A DNA stretch of 64,000 nt, taken from NCBI RefSeq assembly GCF_018350175.1, contig NC_058368.1:159466001-159530000 (forward strand), given 5' to 3'. The notes beneath the pieces were generated by a model. It had not been told where the DNA came from. It saw only the letters and a program-made list of their open reading frames with translations, and did no database searches. Of this stretch, positions 1 to 12,265 are shown piece after piece. The stretch is from Felis catus (taxonomy: Eukaryota). The translations under genes and the position numbers were made by a program. Every line of letters begins with the position of its first letter. Positions within the stretch are counted from its first letter, which is position 1.

Positions 1-88
1 TGGGGCTCAAACTCCTAAACCATGAGATCATGACCTGAGCCAAGATCAAGAGTTGGACACTTAACTGACTGAGCCATCAAGGTGCCCC
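1..88 (-). mobile_element. Can-SINE (SINEC) 5' part, cut by window edge
   Basis: Reverse complement of the tRNA-like head (…catgagatcatgacctgagcc…ttaactgactgagccatcaaggtgcccc). Confidence 0.9.
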
Positions 89-120
89 AAGACAAAACAT
101 CTTTAAAATAGAATCGTTCT

Positions 121-347
121 GGGGCGCCTGGGTGGTGCAGTCGGTTAAGCGTCCGACTTCAGCCAGGTCACGATCTCACGGTCTGTGAGTTTGAGCCCCG
201 CGTCAGGCTCTGGGCTGATGGCTCAGAGCCTGGAGCCTGTTTCCGATTCTGTGTCTCCCTCTCTCTCTGCCCCTCCCCCGTTCATGCTCTGTCTCTCTCT
301 GTCCCAAAAATAAATAAACGTTGAAAAAAAAATTAAAAAATAAAAAA
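121..347 (+). mobile_element. Young felid SINE (SINEC_Fc type), full length
   Basis: ggggcgcctgggtgg head, many CpGs retained, (CT)n, gtcccaaaaataaataaacgttg-A tail; perfect 17-bp TSD taaaatagaatcgttct at 104-120 and 348-364. Confidence 0.95.
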
Positions 348-364
348 TAAAATAGAATCGTTCT

Positions 365-553
365 GCTGCACCTGAGTGGCTCAGTCAGTTAAGCAAGCCA
401 ACTTGGGTTCAGGTCATTATCTCACAGTTCCTGGGTTCCAGCCCGGCATTGGGCTCAGTGCTGATAAGTTGGAGCCTAGAGCCTGCTTTTGTCTCCCTCT
501 CTCTCTGCCCCCCCCCACTCATGCTCTGTCTCTCTCTCTCTCAAAAATAAACC

Positions 554-600
<47 letters not shown>
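365..600 (+). mobile_element. Older Can-SINE with (TAAA)n tail
   Basis: Degenerate head gcacctgagtggctcagtcagttaag, (CT)n, (TAAA)n at about 555-600. Confidence 0.9.
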
Positions 601-692
601 ATTGGAATCTCTCCAAAATCAATATACAGATTTAATGTAATTCTCATTACAAACCAAATATGGCTATAGTTTCTGTTACCTCTATTAAAATG

Positions 693-902
693 TTTTTTAA
701 AATTTTTTACATGTTATTTATTTTTGATAGACAGAGCACAAGTGGGGAGGAGCAGAGAGAGACAGAGACATAGAATCCAAAGCAGGCTCCAGGCTCCAAG
801 CTGTCAGCACAGAGCCCGACGTGGGGCTGGAACTCACAAACCAGGAGATCATGACCTGAGCTGAAGTCAGATGCCTAACTGACTAAGCTACCCAGGCACC
901 CC
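693..902 (-). mobile_element. Can-SINE
   Basis: T-rich tail, gagagacagag, gcaggctccaggct, ends cccaggcacccc. Confidence 0.93.
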
Positions 903-1538
903 TGAATAACTGTATTTTAAAATAACTAGCACTTAACTGAGCCACCCAGGTGTATCTCTATTAAAATATTTTTAAATTAATATGGATGACTGAGTAATAA
1001 TTACCAGATATATTTTTTGGTGAAAAAAAATAATAATATAAGGTAACTGACAATACAAGATAACTGAAACCATTTTAATGTTATCATAATAAATATACAA
1101 ACACAATGTTGTGTTTTACTAATGAGATCAATAAAATAAAAACAGGGTTCAGAAATAGATGTCCTAGATATGGAAAGCATATGAGAGAAGTGTCAACTTA
1201 ATTCAGAGGGAAATGGATCTTTCCCTTAATAAATAGTACAGGCATAATTAGTTAATCATCTGAAAATACAAAAATTTATACACTCTTTTTTCATACTATA
1301 TAAAAATAATTCATATAGAGATAGATATCTAAATATAAAATAATAATAAACATGTTAAAATAAACATAAAGAGAATATTTGTAAACCTTTAGATGGAAAG
1401 ATCCTTCCGCAAGACACTAAATCTGAGATCTGGGAAGAAAGAGAAATAGATTTGAATACTAAAATATTTGTAATTATAGCACCATAAACAAAGTTGAGAG
1501 GAAAAAAGAGAAAAATAATTTTTGAAAAATATAGGATT

Positions 1539-1740
1539 GGGGCGCCTGGGTGGCTCAGTCGGTTGAGCGTCCGACTTCGGCTCAGGTCACGATCTTGCGG
1601 TCCGTGAGTTCGAGCCCCGCGTCGGGCTCTGGGCTGATGGCTCAGAGCTTGGATCCTGCTTCTGATTCTGTGTCTCCCTCTCTCTCTGCCCTCCCCTGTT
1701 CATGCTCTGTCTCTCTCTGTCTCAAAAATAAATAAATGTT

Positions 1741-1764
<24 letters not shown>
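1539..1764 (+). mobile_element. Young felid SINE, full length
   Basis: Near-consensus CpG-rich head, long A tail; perfect 15-bp TSD gaaaaatataggatt at 1524-1538 and 1765-1779. Confidence 0.95.
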
Positions 1765-1772
<8 letters not shown>

Positions 1773-4521
1773 TAGGATTAATTTTCTAAGTACCTACAAA
1801 ATATAAAAGTAATAGTGTTTGACAGAAAAATAGATAAGAGGAAATGAAAATTACCAAAAACTTAAGAAAGCATACTCAATCTCATTAGTAGTCAATAAAA
1901 TGCAAATAAAATAACAAAGGGACACCACTTTATATTCCTTTGTTGGAAAAAATAGTTTTTTTTAAAGCTAATATCCAGTATTTTTGAACTTGTACAGTAA
2001 TGTTGACTGGTTTATGAAATTGAAATCTTCATAAATAACAAGAAATATTATAGGAATTGTTAAAAATTGAAGAGGAACATAACTAAATTCAAAACATGAT
2101 CCTACACTGAATCTTTTTTTCTATAAAGGACATTAATGTGACATCTAGCAGAACTTGATACAAGATTAAATAGTATTATGAATCAGCATTGATTTCTTGA
2201 TATGGATAGTTGTAATTTGGTGATGTTGGAAAATGATCTCCTTTGTAGGAAATGCAAGCTAAAGGATTTGGGGATAGAGGAACATCATTTCAGCAACTTA
2301 CCCTACATTCTTTGTTTTGTAGTTGCAAATTTTCTCTAAGTTTCAAATTGTTTTATACTCAATACTCCTTAACACAGAAAACAAACTTTTAGAAATCTAT
2401 TCTGTAAAAATATAAAAGCAGAAAGGACAAGATTATTTCTAATGGAAATTAGAAAAAAATCTATTTATCCTTCTATTAATTAAATTATCATATACCCACG
2501 ATATGTAAAACTTTGTAGCCATATGAATGAATTAATAAAGCTTTGTGCTTAATTTGCACATCTGACCATGCATGGACTTACAGAGGACCAATGTGAGGAA
2601 AGGCCTCTGCTGAGTGTCATTGTGGTCCTATTGGTTTTCTTGGTTGGCCTGTAGGGTGACTATGCAGGTGAACAGAAAAATGCTAACAACCTATGCACCT
2701 AGACACAAAAACTCACCAAGAGAAGACTCATGTTTTTCATTCCAATAAATCATTTGAAGGCTTTTTTTTTCCTTTTTTTTTTTGGTAGTAACACACTAAA
2801 CCCATTCAACATAATGTAATTTTCCTTCTTACATTGAAAATTTTCAGGCCACCACAACATAACGATGTGTTCCCGTTCTTCAGATCCATACATTCCCATA
2901 AAATCAGGAACCAATGTCCTAACACTGTTGATCCTAGGCTTTTACTTATTTTATTAAAGTTATGATCTCCACAAGACAAATGGGAATGATGAACTGAAGT
3001 TAATTCTAAGTATAATTCTAAGTAGAAAGATGAAGCAGAAATACCAAAAAACAAACAAAAAAAAAGTTTATTGTCCTTGAAAGAGTTACAATTACCTTTT
3101 TTATAATGAGCTGCTATTCTTTAAGAAAGCTCCAGGTTAAATATTTGTTGTTTTCAAAATTTAGTTTGTTGACGTTGGTGTCATTGAAATGCAGATGATA
3201 AGGGTTCTCTCCAAGGTTGGAGAGAACAGAATCAGCACTCTAGGGTCAGAAAATAATTCACAAAAATTTGATCTAAACAAATTTAAAAATCACTTTCTAA
3301 ATACTTAAGTTAATAAGACATTTCATCCCCTCCTTTTTACATTTCTCTACCAAACACCAGTTTGGAGCTTCTACTCACTTGAGTGCCTTTGGGAATTTGA
3401 ATTAGAGCCTGAGGAATGTTGGTCTCAGTAGGGCATGCCAAAGCCCTAAGGGCCACTTGAGCTTTATTTACGCTGACTCTAGATTGATCATAGCCTAATA
3501 TTCAAGTTTTCGCTTTAGTATACACTCTTGACAATGGCTTATTTTGCCTCTTTGAAAAATAGTATTGCCATTCATTTCAAGCTAAGTCTGTTCTTTGATT
3601 CAGAGGCCTGAGAAAATTCTCTTCCACTATGAGAAGGAACAATACAGAAAAATTACCAGAGTGGGCACTGGATTTCTCCACCCTAATTTGGTATAATTCA
3701 TTTCAATATGGTTATGTTGAGCATTTACTATTAACCATGTTGTATCCAGCAAAAGGAAATATGTGACAAAGTTCTCACTCTCAAAGGACATATAGGGAAG
3801 TCTTTCTAGATCACTCCCTAACCCTGAACTGCTCTAGGTATTTGAAGTACCTAAGTTCTAAGATGAAGTACAAAATATTTGAGACTTTCTGCTAAAAATA
3901 ATTTATATGGGTAAGTTTGTAATTTTATTGTTTTCCTCTTCAAATTACATTGTAAGTTCCTCAAAAATAAGAATTATCCAGTATCATATAATTCTTTTCC
4001 ATCCCACTGCTATGTCCTACTCACAGCACATATACATGCACACACACATATTCCTCAAAAGCTCCGCTTCAGATGAATTGCTCACTACAAAGGTAAAATG
4101 ATTTTTCATTAACTTAGCCTTCAAGAGTATACTGTTTTTTGATTGCTGATTTCCTTTATTTGAGAAGTCAGATCAGATATCATTTTTTTCAGTTTACCAA
4201 TTTTCCCTCTAAAATATCGGTTTAACAAATATAAACATTCTTGATTAGTAATTACTGCAAGAGATAAAGCAGCTTCTCTTCCTCCTTGAAGAGAAGCTCT
4301 AACACTTATAACAACTCTTACCTTTATAAAGGGAAGGATCTTCCTTTGTGCTCTCCTCATCCTTCATACTACATCCCCTAACCCCAGCCAGCAATGGAAA
4401 ATGGCCAGTAATTATATGCATATGGTTAGGATGGCGTAAGGACTGTGTTCTACACTTATGCAGTCTTCATCATACAAGTAGTTGATACTATTAAATATAG
4501 AAATATTTATTTTATACCTTA

Positions 4522-4925
4522 GGTATTAGTTTTCTAGAGCTGCCATTACAAAATACCACAGACTGAATGGCTTACACAAGAGAAATTTACTTTCTCATCA
4601 TCTGGAATCTAGAAGTCTTAAGATTAAGGTGCTGGAAGGGTTGGTTTCCTCTGAGGTCTCTCTCCTTGGCTTGCAGACGACCACCCTCTGGCTGCCTCAT
4701 GACATTCCTTCTGTACGCACACATTCCTGGTGTTTCTGTGTGTCCCCTGATATCCTTTTCTTATAAGAACAGCAGTCATGTAGAATCAGAGCCCACCCTA
4801 AGAAACTCATTTTAACTTAATTACCTTTTTAAAAGATCTGCTTCCAAATATAATCACATTCTGAGGTACTGGGGAGTAGATGTTTCAACATATGAATTTT
4901 GGAGGTCACAATTCAGTCCATAACA
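4522..4925 (-). mobile_element. MaLR solo LTR, MLT1A/MLT1A0-like
   Basis: Reverse complement begins tgttatggactgaattgtg…ccaaaattcatatgttgaa; 5-bp TSD cctta at 4517-4521 and 4926-4930. Confidence 0.88.
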
Positions 4926-5439
4926 CCTTATTAGCAGCTATTCAATGGATATAAAAGTGGCACAGTCCCTGGTTTTAATAAGTGGAACATATACTCTATT
5001 AGGGAGATAAACCGATAAACAAATAATAATAGTAGGTATGATGTAAGTACAACAAAATTAAGCCTGCAAAATGTTAAGTTTGAAAAGGAACTGATTATAC
5101 TAATTTGGAAGGATCAGGGAAGAGTTCAGGGAGCAAGTGACATTTGAACATAAGACTTGAGGAATCCTTTGGATAGAAAATAAAGATCAGACATTAATTA
5201 AATGCCTTCTGAGGTTTTAATCTTCAACACACTCTTTAGGTCGATAGTTCTCATTTTTAAAGAGGAACATCAATATTTAGATGATTTTGGTAAGTTATAA
5301 CATCCAGCAGCTTTCAAATAAAATGTCAGGATCTGTCTTACTCTACTTTCCCTGAGATGATGAGTTGACAAAGGAAGATTTTAAAAGAAAAGAATATTTT
5401 AAAAAATGCAAAATGAGTCTATCAAAGTATTATAACAGT

Positions 5440-5910
5440 TTTTAACATGAAAAAAAATCTATAAATATAACCCATTTCATAATATGTTAAAAGAGAAAAT
5501 CACATGATCACTATAAATAGATACACACAAAATTATTTAATTATTCAACATTTTTATTAAGAAAAACATTCTTAGTAAAAACAGAAAATTTCTTAATCTA
5601 ATAAAAGAAATATATGAAAAATCTATAGCTAGCATTAGTCTGAATAATGAAACTTAGGAAGAAGTCTCTTTAAAATCTAGAAAGAAAATTTAAAAGAAAA
5701 TAAATCTAGAAAAAACATAGTTTTTTGTTGTTTTTTTTTTAACTTTTTAGTGCACATACTGGCCATAGAAGTGAGTCAAGAACAAGAAATAGACAAATTT
5801 CAGGAAAAAAGGTATGAGTGATATGGTTATTGTTAAAAAAAATCATAATACATGTTCCTAGAGGAGAATAGAGATATGGAATAGAGAAGGAGCCCAGAGA
5901 TAGATACAGC
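5440..5910 (+). mobile_element. Decayed L1 ORF2 fragments
   Basis: aaaatcacatgatcac…, atatgaaaaatctatagctagcat motifs typical of L1 ORF2. Confidence 0.6.
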
Positions 5911-6834
5911 TGTTGGGATTTTCTTTGTAGGTTGACTGATGAGGTTTGGGATTTTGTTTTGTACATTTGCGTCATAGCCTACATATACACTGAATTCATT
6001 TTATATATTAAATAGTATAAAATGGTAATTGTAAAATCTGCAAAATATGAGCTTTCATTCTAATAACAAACTAGTGTATAAAAGTTTCTCCAAAGTGACC
6101 TCCATGCAATATCCATGGTTTGGGCTTACACATGCAAGCCACTTTTATTAAATTCAGTGATATTTTTTCCCAAACTTAGTTCTCTTGAAAACAATCACGC
6201 AATTGCTGAGTAAATATAAGCTACTGGAATAACTTATTTATATAAACAATATTTTGTACATTTTATACATAATGCAATGTCTGTACTCCTACACTTTTTT
6301 AAATGAATCATATTGTCTCTCCCAACCTATTTTTCCCGTCTTTTCATGTTGATCTAGAATTTCTAAACGGGTTACCTATTAGCACCATGTAAGACGCCGT
6401 TAGAAAGAAAGCACCATAGCAACAATGTTTTCTATGTTTTTTCTACCCAAATAAGTATGTTCTGTGTGCTTGAATGATACAGGAACCATGGAAACTAAGC
6501 CTTCCTTTATTATTTAAGAAGAAACAGTCACCAGTTCTACAGAGGAAGGAAAGGGATGCAAGTAACCCATCCTGATAGTTTTCTTAAGTCATACATCATT
6601 TGTAGATGCTGCTTTTTAGAACTTGTGCTTATTAAGAACTCTGTTTTCCAGGCACTGATCTGGTATACACTACTAAATAATGTATCATGTCTAGAAGGAC
6701 AAGCAAAAAAACCAGAAATTACACATTAGACTAAATGCTGGGGTAGAGATGCTAAGGGAGCACAAAGAAGAGGCACCTTTCTTGAGAGTGTTAGAGGAAA
6801 AGAATTTAGAATACTACTAAAATGTGTACTGTAT

Positions 6835-7061
6835 GGGCACCTGGGTGGCTCAGTCGGTTGGGCATCCAACTTTGGCTCAGGTCATGATCTGACCATTCGT
6901 GAGTTCGAGCCCTGTGTCGGGCTCTGTGCTGACAGCTCAGAGCCTGGAGCCTGCTTCAAATTCTGTGTCTCCCTCTCTCTCTCTCTGCCCCTCCCCCACT
7001 CACACTCTGTCTTTCTCTCTCTCTCTCTCTCAAAAATAAATAAACATTAAAAAAATTGTTT
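6835..7061 (+). mobile_element. Can-SINE, full length
   Basis: Canonical head and (CT)n; TSD taaaatgt[g/t]tactgta at 6818-6833 and 7062-7077. Confidence 0.95.
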
Positions 7062-7093
7062 TAAAATGTTTACTGTAGGGATTTTGTATGTGC

Positions 7094-7568
7094 TGTAGTC
7101 AGCAGAATGTCCCCCAAATCTGCCCATGCCCTATTTCCAGGTCCCTATGAATAAGTTATGTTACATGGCAAGGGAAAATTAACGTTGCAGATTTAATTAG
7201 CGTTGATAATCAACTTATCTTAATAATAATGAGATTATTCTAAATTAACCAGGTCAGCCAAGTGTGATCACAAAAGTCCTTTAAATATGGAAAAGGAAGG
7301 CAAAAGTCATATCAAAATGAAGCAACATGAGACATAATTGGCTATTGATAGCTTTGAAGATGGAAGGGGGCTATCAGCAAAGGACTGTAGGCAGCCTGTG
7401 GAAGCTAGGTACAAAAATTGTATTCTCCTCCAGGGCTTAGCCTTGATTTTAGCCTGGTGATAAACATTTTGGACTTCTAAATTACCAGAACAGTAAACTA
7501 ATATAAATACATTGTTTCAAGCCACTAACTTTGTAATATTTTCTGACAACAATCACAGAATACTATAA
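7094..7568 (+). mobile_element. MaLR LTR, MLT1D-like
   Basis: tgtagtcagcagaat…ttacatggcaagggaaaatt…gttgcagat…ctttgaagatggaagggggc…tttcaagccactaa pattern. Confidence 0.8.
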
Positions 7569-7574
7569 TGCCCT

Positions 7575-8450
7575 TTATCAACTTAAGGAAGTGTGGTTGA
7601 TTCCTAGCTTTCTAAGAAATTTTAATCATGAAAGAATGTTGAACTATGTAAAATGCATTTCTGTATCTACTAATATGGTTATGTTTTTAACCTTTATATG
7701 GTGAATTATACTGGTTGAGTTTTTAATATTGAACTAACCTTGCATTCCTGCTATAAATGACACTTGGTCATAATGTATTATTCCTTTTATATACTGCTGT
7801 ATTTGATTTACTAATATTTTGTTGTAAGACATTTGTATCTATGTTTATGGGAGCTATTCGTATGTAGTTTCTTTCCTTGTAAGGGATTTTATTTTGATAT
7901 CAGGAGAATGAGATGGAATAAGAAATGTAAAAAATTCTATAGAATTGGTAGAAATTTTCCCCTAGACCCTCCCGAGTCCTCAGATAGTTGCTTTTTGCAT
8001 TGTCTCTGTTGATTTTAGTTGTGACTAGTGTAACTAATGTAACTTTCCCATAGTGGTCTCACTCAATATTTTCTGACAGTAGAAGGTGTGTGTAGTATTT
8101 GGTTTGGTTTCTGTTTGATGCATTGTGCTTCTAATATCTGGGCATTTGTATCTTCTATTATTTATGGAAAATTTTCAGTCATTTTTTTCTTCAAATATTA
8201 CCCTCCTCCTTTCATTTTATCATCCCTTACTGGGTTTCCATTTAGACGTATATTAGAACTTTTTTGCTCTTTGTCTCTTAACTATTCTTTCAATTTCCAT
8301 TTCCTTGTATATCTGCATAATTTCTTCAGACATATTTTCCACTATAATAATTTTCCATTTAATTCTGCCCATTTTGCTGCTCACTTCTTCACCAGTTTTT
8401 AAAATTTCAATAATTTGTACTTTTTTCCTTTTAAAAGTTTATTTTATTTG
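7575..8450 (-). mobile_element. Old L1 fragments
   Basis: T-rich antisense L1 motifs (ttgaactaaccttgcattcctg, ttggtcataatgtattat). Confidence 0.7.
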
Positions 8451-8639
8451 TTGTGATATTTAATTTTACATGTCAAACTTGGCTAGGCTATAGCAACCAG
8501 TTGTTTCATCAAAATTAAGTCTAGGTGTTGCTATGAAAATATTTTGCACATGTAATTAACATTTGCAATCAGTTAACTATATGTAAAACAGATTATTCTT
8601 GACAATGTGGCTAGGCCTCACTTTATCAATTGAAGGTCC

Positions 8640-8866
8640 TTTTTAATTTTTTTAAATTATTTTTTAATGTTTATTTATTTTTTGAGAGAAAGTGAGAGAC
8701 AGAGTGCAGGCAGGGGAGGAGCAGAGAGGGAGACAGAGAATCCAAAGCAGGCTCCAGGCTCGAGCTGTCAGCACAGAGCCTGATGCAGGGCTCGAGCTCA
8801 CAGACCATGAGATCATGACTTGAGCTGAAGTTGGACGCTCAACCGACTAAGCCACCTAGCTGCCCC
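8640..8866 (-). mobile_element. Can-SINE inside MLT2 LTR
   Basis: Canonical antisense body; TSD atcaattgaaggt on both sides. Confidence 0.95.
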
Positions 8867-9070
8867 TAATCAATTGAAGGTTTTAGGAGTAAAACCAGAT
8901 TTTTTGAAGAAGGGATTCTGTATTAAGAATGTATCATAGAAATCCTGCCTAACTTATGGTCTGCCACCTTGCCCTATAATTTATAAACTTGTAGTCCTCC
9001 ACAAGCACATAAGCCAATTCTTTAAAATAAATTTAGATAGCTAGAGCATTCAACTAATAGATAAATGATA

Positions 9071-9305
9071 GGGGCGCCTGGGTGGCTCAGTAGGTTGAGT
9101 GTCCGACTTCAGCTCAGGTCATGATCTCATGTTTCCTGAGTTTGAGCCCCATGTTGGACTCTGTGCTGACAGCTTGGAACCTGGAGCCTGGAGCCTGCCT
9201 CAGATCCTGTGTCTCCCTCTCTCTCTGCCCTTCCCCTGCTCATACTCACTCTCTCTCTCTCTCTCTCCCAAAAATAAAATAAACATTAAAAAAAATTTTT
9301 TAAAA
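9071..9305 (+). mobile_element. Can-SINE inside MLT2 LTR
   Basis: ggggcgcctgggtggctcag head, (CT)n, A-rich tail. Confidence 0.95.
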
Positions 9306-10851
9306 ATAGGTGACAGAATAATATCTATCATAATATCCATTATTAAATATAAGATATGTAGTATGTATAGATTTGTATATAGATATATATAAGACATATA
9401 TAGATTTATATATATATCTAGATAGATAGTTATATAAGATATGTGTGTGGGGGGAGATAGATGGATAGATAGATAGATCCTATTAGTTCTGTTTCTCTAA
9501 GAACCCTAAATGATACAGTGATACCAAATGATTTCTTAACTTTTCTGTAGTTTATTATTAATTTATATTTTTATTATCTCATTTTTATTTTGGTAAACAT
9601 TTCCACCTTAGGGATTTAAAAGTTTATGTCTGATTTTTACAGTTTTTTAACCCTTAGGGAATCTAAATTTATTGCTTATTGTTTTGATGGCTATTTCATA
9701 GTGATTTGGTTCTGTGTGTATCTGGTGATCCTTAGTTGTAAGCTCATATGTGATGAGTTTTATTATATGAATAATACACTGACAAAAATTGAGATTGTTT
9801 CCTTCTTGACAGGATTTTCATTTGCTTCTGCTGGGAGCCAGGCAGTGTTACCACACTGGGTCACTTCTGCCCCTTTTATGTTTTCAAGTTCCCTTAGAGT
9901 CTCATATCAGCTCTACCTATTTTATGTTATTGGTCTCAAACCAAATTTTGGGACCATTCAGCTGATATTGACACCTGATCTCAGATAACCATATTTTTTG
10001 TGGGTTTTTTTAATTGTTGGCTGTATAAGAAGTATCTTACTCCCTGTTGAGTGTTCATGAACATAGATACATGAATACACACTTTATGTAATATCTAATC
10101 ATTTTGTGCCAGGAACATCCTTTCTTAATATTTGGTCTGACATTGCCCACAGCATATTGCCAGTCCTCAGGATTTTCTTAACTAATTCTACAGGTGATTA
10201 ACAGATAACTGGGTAGTTGTAGAAATAAAATATTATTTTATTTGAAACCTACAGAATTTGCTTAAAAGAGTGCTTTCAATACACTAAATTATTTTTGTAT
10301 AATGCTTTGAACTTTGTTTCTAATAGCATATCAGAGAATTCTGGCCTTGGATATAAAATAGGGGGTGGCTGAACAAAACATATCTCTAGAATTCTATAAA
10401 TTCAACTTTCGGTGATTTACCATCTCAAACAGCAATGTTGAGTGTAATATTTATCACTTGGAACCTTACAGAGTCAAAAAGTCTGCTTGAAACATTTTTA
10501 TACTTAGAGGAATCTTATTTTTGGTGGCAAGAGGGAAACAGGGATTGGAAGGGCCATCAGTCAGGAGCTAAAACAATTTCTCTTATGTATGAATCACAGA
10601 CTCATGGAAACTAAAGTTTGAAAATGATGCAATAAGTCATCTATTCCATCTCTTTGTCAAAAAAGAATTACTTCCTCAACATTTTAAAATATATAGTTTT
10701 GTTCCATTCATTTTTTTAAACCTCCTTTCAGACCTGTCTTTTTTTTTCCTTTTAAACTATCCTGGTTATATTAAGATTTGCTTGGTATAACATTGTTTTA
10801 AAAATGCCATAGTTAGAACGGTAATATTCTGAAAAAATGTTTGGAATGACA

Positions 10852-11058
10852 GGGGCGCCTGGGTGGCTCAGTCGGTTAAGCATCCAACTTCGGCTCAGGT
10901 AATGATCTCACACTCTGTGAGTTTGAGCCCTGCATCAGGTCAGCACAGAGCCTGGAGCCTGCTTCAGATTCTGTGTCTCCCTGTCTCTGACCCTCCCCCG
11001 TTCATACTCTGTCTCTCTCTTGTCTCAAAAATAAATAAACATTAAAAAAATTTTTTTT
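10852..11058 (+). mobile_element. Can-SINE with small internal deletion
   Basis: Canonical head; 15-bp TSD aatgtttggaatgac at 10836-10850 and 11059-11073. Confidence 0.95.
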
Positions 11059-11349
11059 AATGTTTGGAATGACTGATAAATCAAGAGTAAATGTTATTAT
11101 ATGAAAATTAGAAATTTTGTGTCAGCTAATATTATGAAACATCCTAAGTCCTAAATAAAATAACAAATGTTCTAAATAGATACTGTTTTAGGTAATAAGT
11201 CAAATTCTGCCTAAGCATAAAGACATATTTGAAATTTACAGTATACATTATAGCTTAACGTCAGAGCAACCACAAGTGAGTATAAATGCTGTCAGTCCAG
11301 GTCATAGTCAAAAGTAGTCATAGTTCAGTAACTCATTTTTGCTATGATT

Positions 11350-11960
11350 TAACTGGATTGCTTGCTTCTGCCCACCCACTATTCATATTTAGTGCTTACG
11401 TGTCTCTCTAAATCTTAGATCTGATCTTGTCACAAGACAGTTCAAAAACTTCTGATGCCTCCAGTTTACTACTGGATAAAATTGAAATAATTCAGCCTAG
11501 AATTGGTTTTCTGCCTAACTTTCCGGTTTCATTTCCCACACATCAGTGTCCCGTCTCCCTTCTAAGTTCCCTATAGTTTGTTGATAGCAGTCCACCTGCT
11601 ATTTCCTAAACACATCTTTCATTCTCTGGAGTGTTTGTCTTTGCTTGAATGTTTGCCAGTTGCCTCTCCCCAGCAGCCCCACCAACTCTATAATCACCTG
11701 CTGGGGCTTTAAATATTCCCTAAATCTCATTTCAGCTCAAATCTTATCTGAAAATCATTGCAGACTCCTCTAGTTAAAATTAATCTCTCCTCTGTAACCT
11801 TTGCTAATGTTAATATCTTCTATTATAGCACTTAGCATAGCATTGCATTTAAATGATAGACATAAAAGTGTTTACTACTAACTTTTATGCTCTTGAGTTG
11901 TAAGTGTTCCATAGTAGCCATCTTTTGTTTCTTCTGTAGAACTTTCATTGGGTAAGTTTG
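11350..11960 (+). mobile_element. L2 fragment (very old)
   Basis: Pyrimidine-rich L2 3' motifs (tctgatcttgtcac, cagctcaaat, tatagcacttagcat). Confidence 0.55.
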
Positions 11961-12089
11961 CTGAGCATCATCTTATTGCTGCAGTGAGTTAACTAACTGT
12001 TCATGTAAGTGGACACACATAAAAATACAGTGTTTGAGTTATACATACAGTTTCTGGGGTCAGAAATATGCAGATGAGAACCTTTGTTT

Positions 12090-12265
12090 AGCTGCAACAT
12101 AACTAGCCTTAGACAATTTAACCTGTCTTTGTATTAGTTTCCTCATCAATAAGATGAATTTAGAGTTGTAATTCAAGGTTTTTGTGAGGATTAAATGGTA
12201 TAATGTCATGTAGTGAATAGTGCCTGACATAGTAAGTACTCAATAAATATTAGCTATTATTGTGA
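12090..12265 (+). mobile_element. MIR
   Basis: agtttcctcatc core, gtgaggattaaatg, gtgcctgacatagtaagtactcaataaatattagctatt end. Confidence 0.85.

Larger units (their letters stand above)
610..2520 (+). mobile_element. Old L1 (L1M/L1ME/L1MC-like) ORF2-end and 3' fragments, interrupted by SINEs
   Basis: aaatcaatatacagatttaatgtaattctc and cagaaataga… motifs resemble the L1 ORF2 3' region; A-rich strand bias. Confidence 0.65.
8452..9517 (+). mobile_element. ERVL LTR, MLT2D-like, split by two SINEs and an (AT/AGAT)n tract
   Basis: Starts tgtgat…taatttt…tgtcaaacttggctaggc; ends cctattagttctgtttctct…gaaccctaa…taca. Confidence 0.82.
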
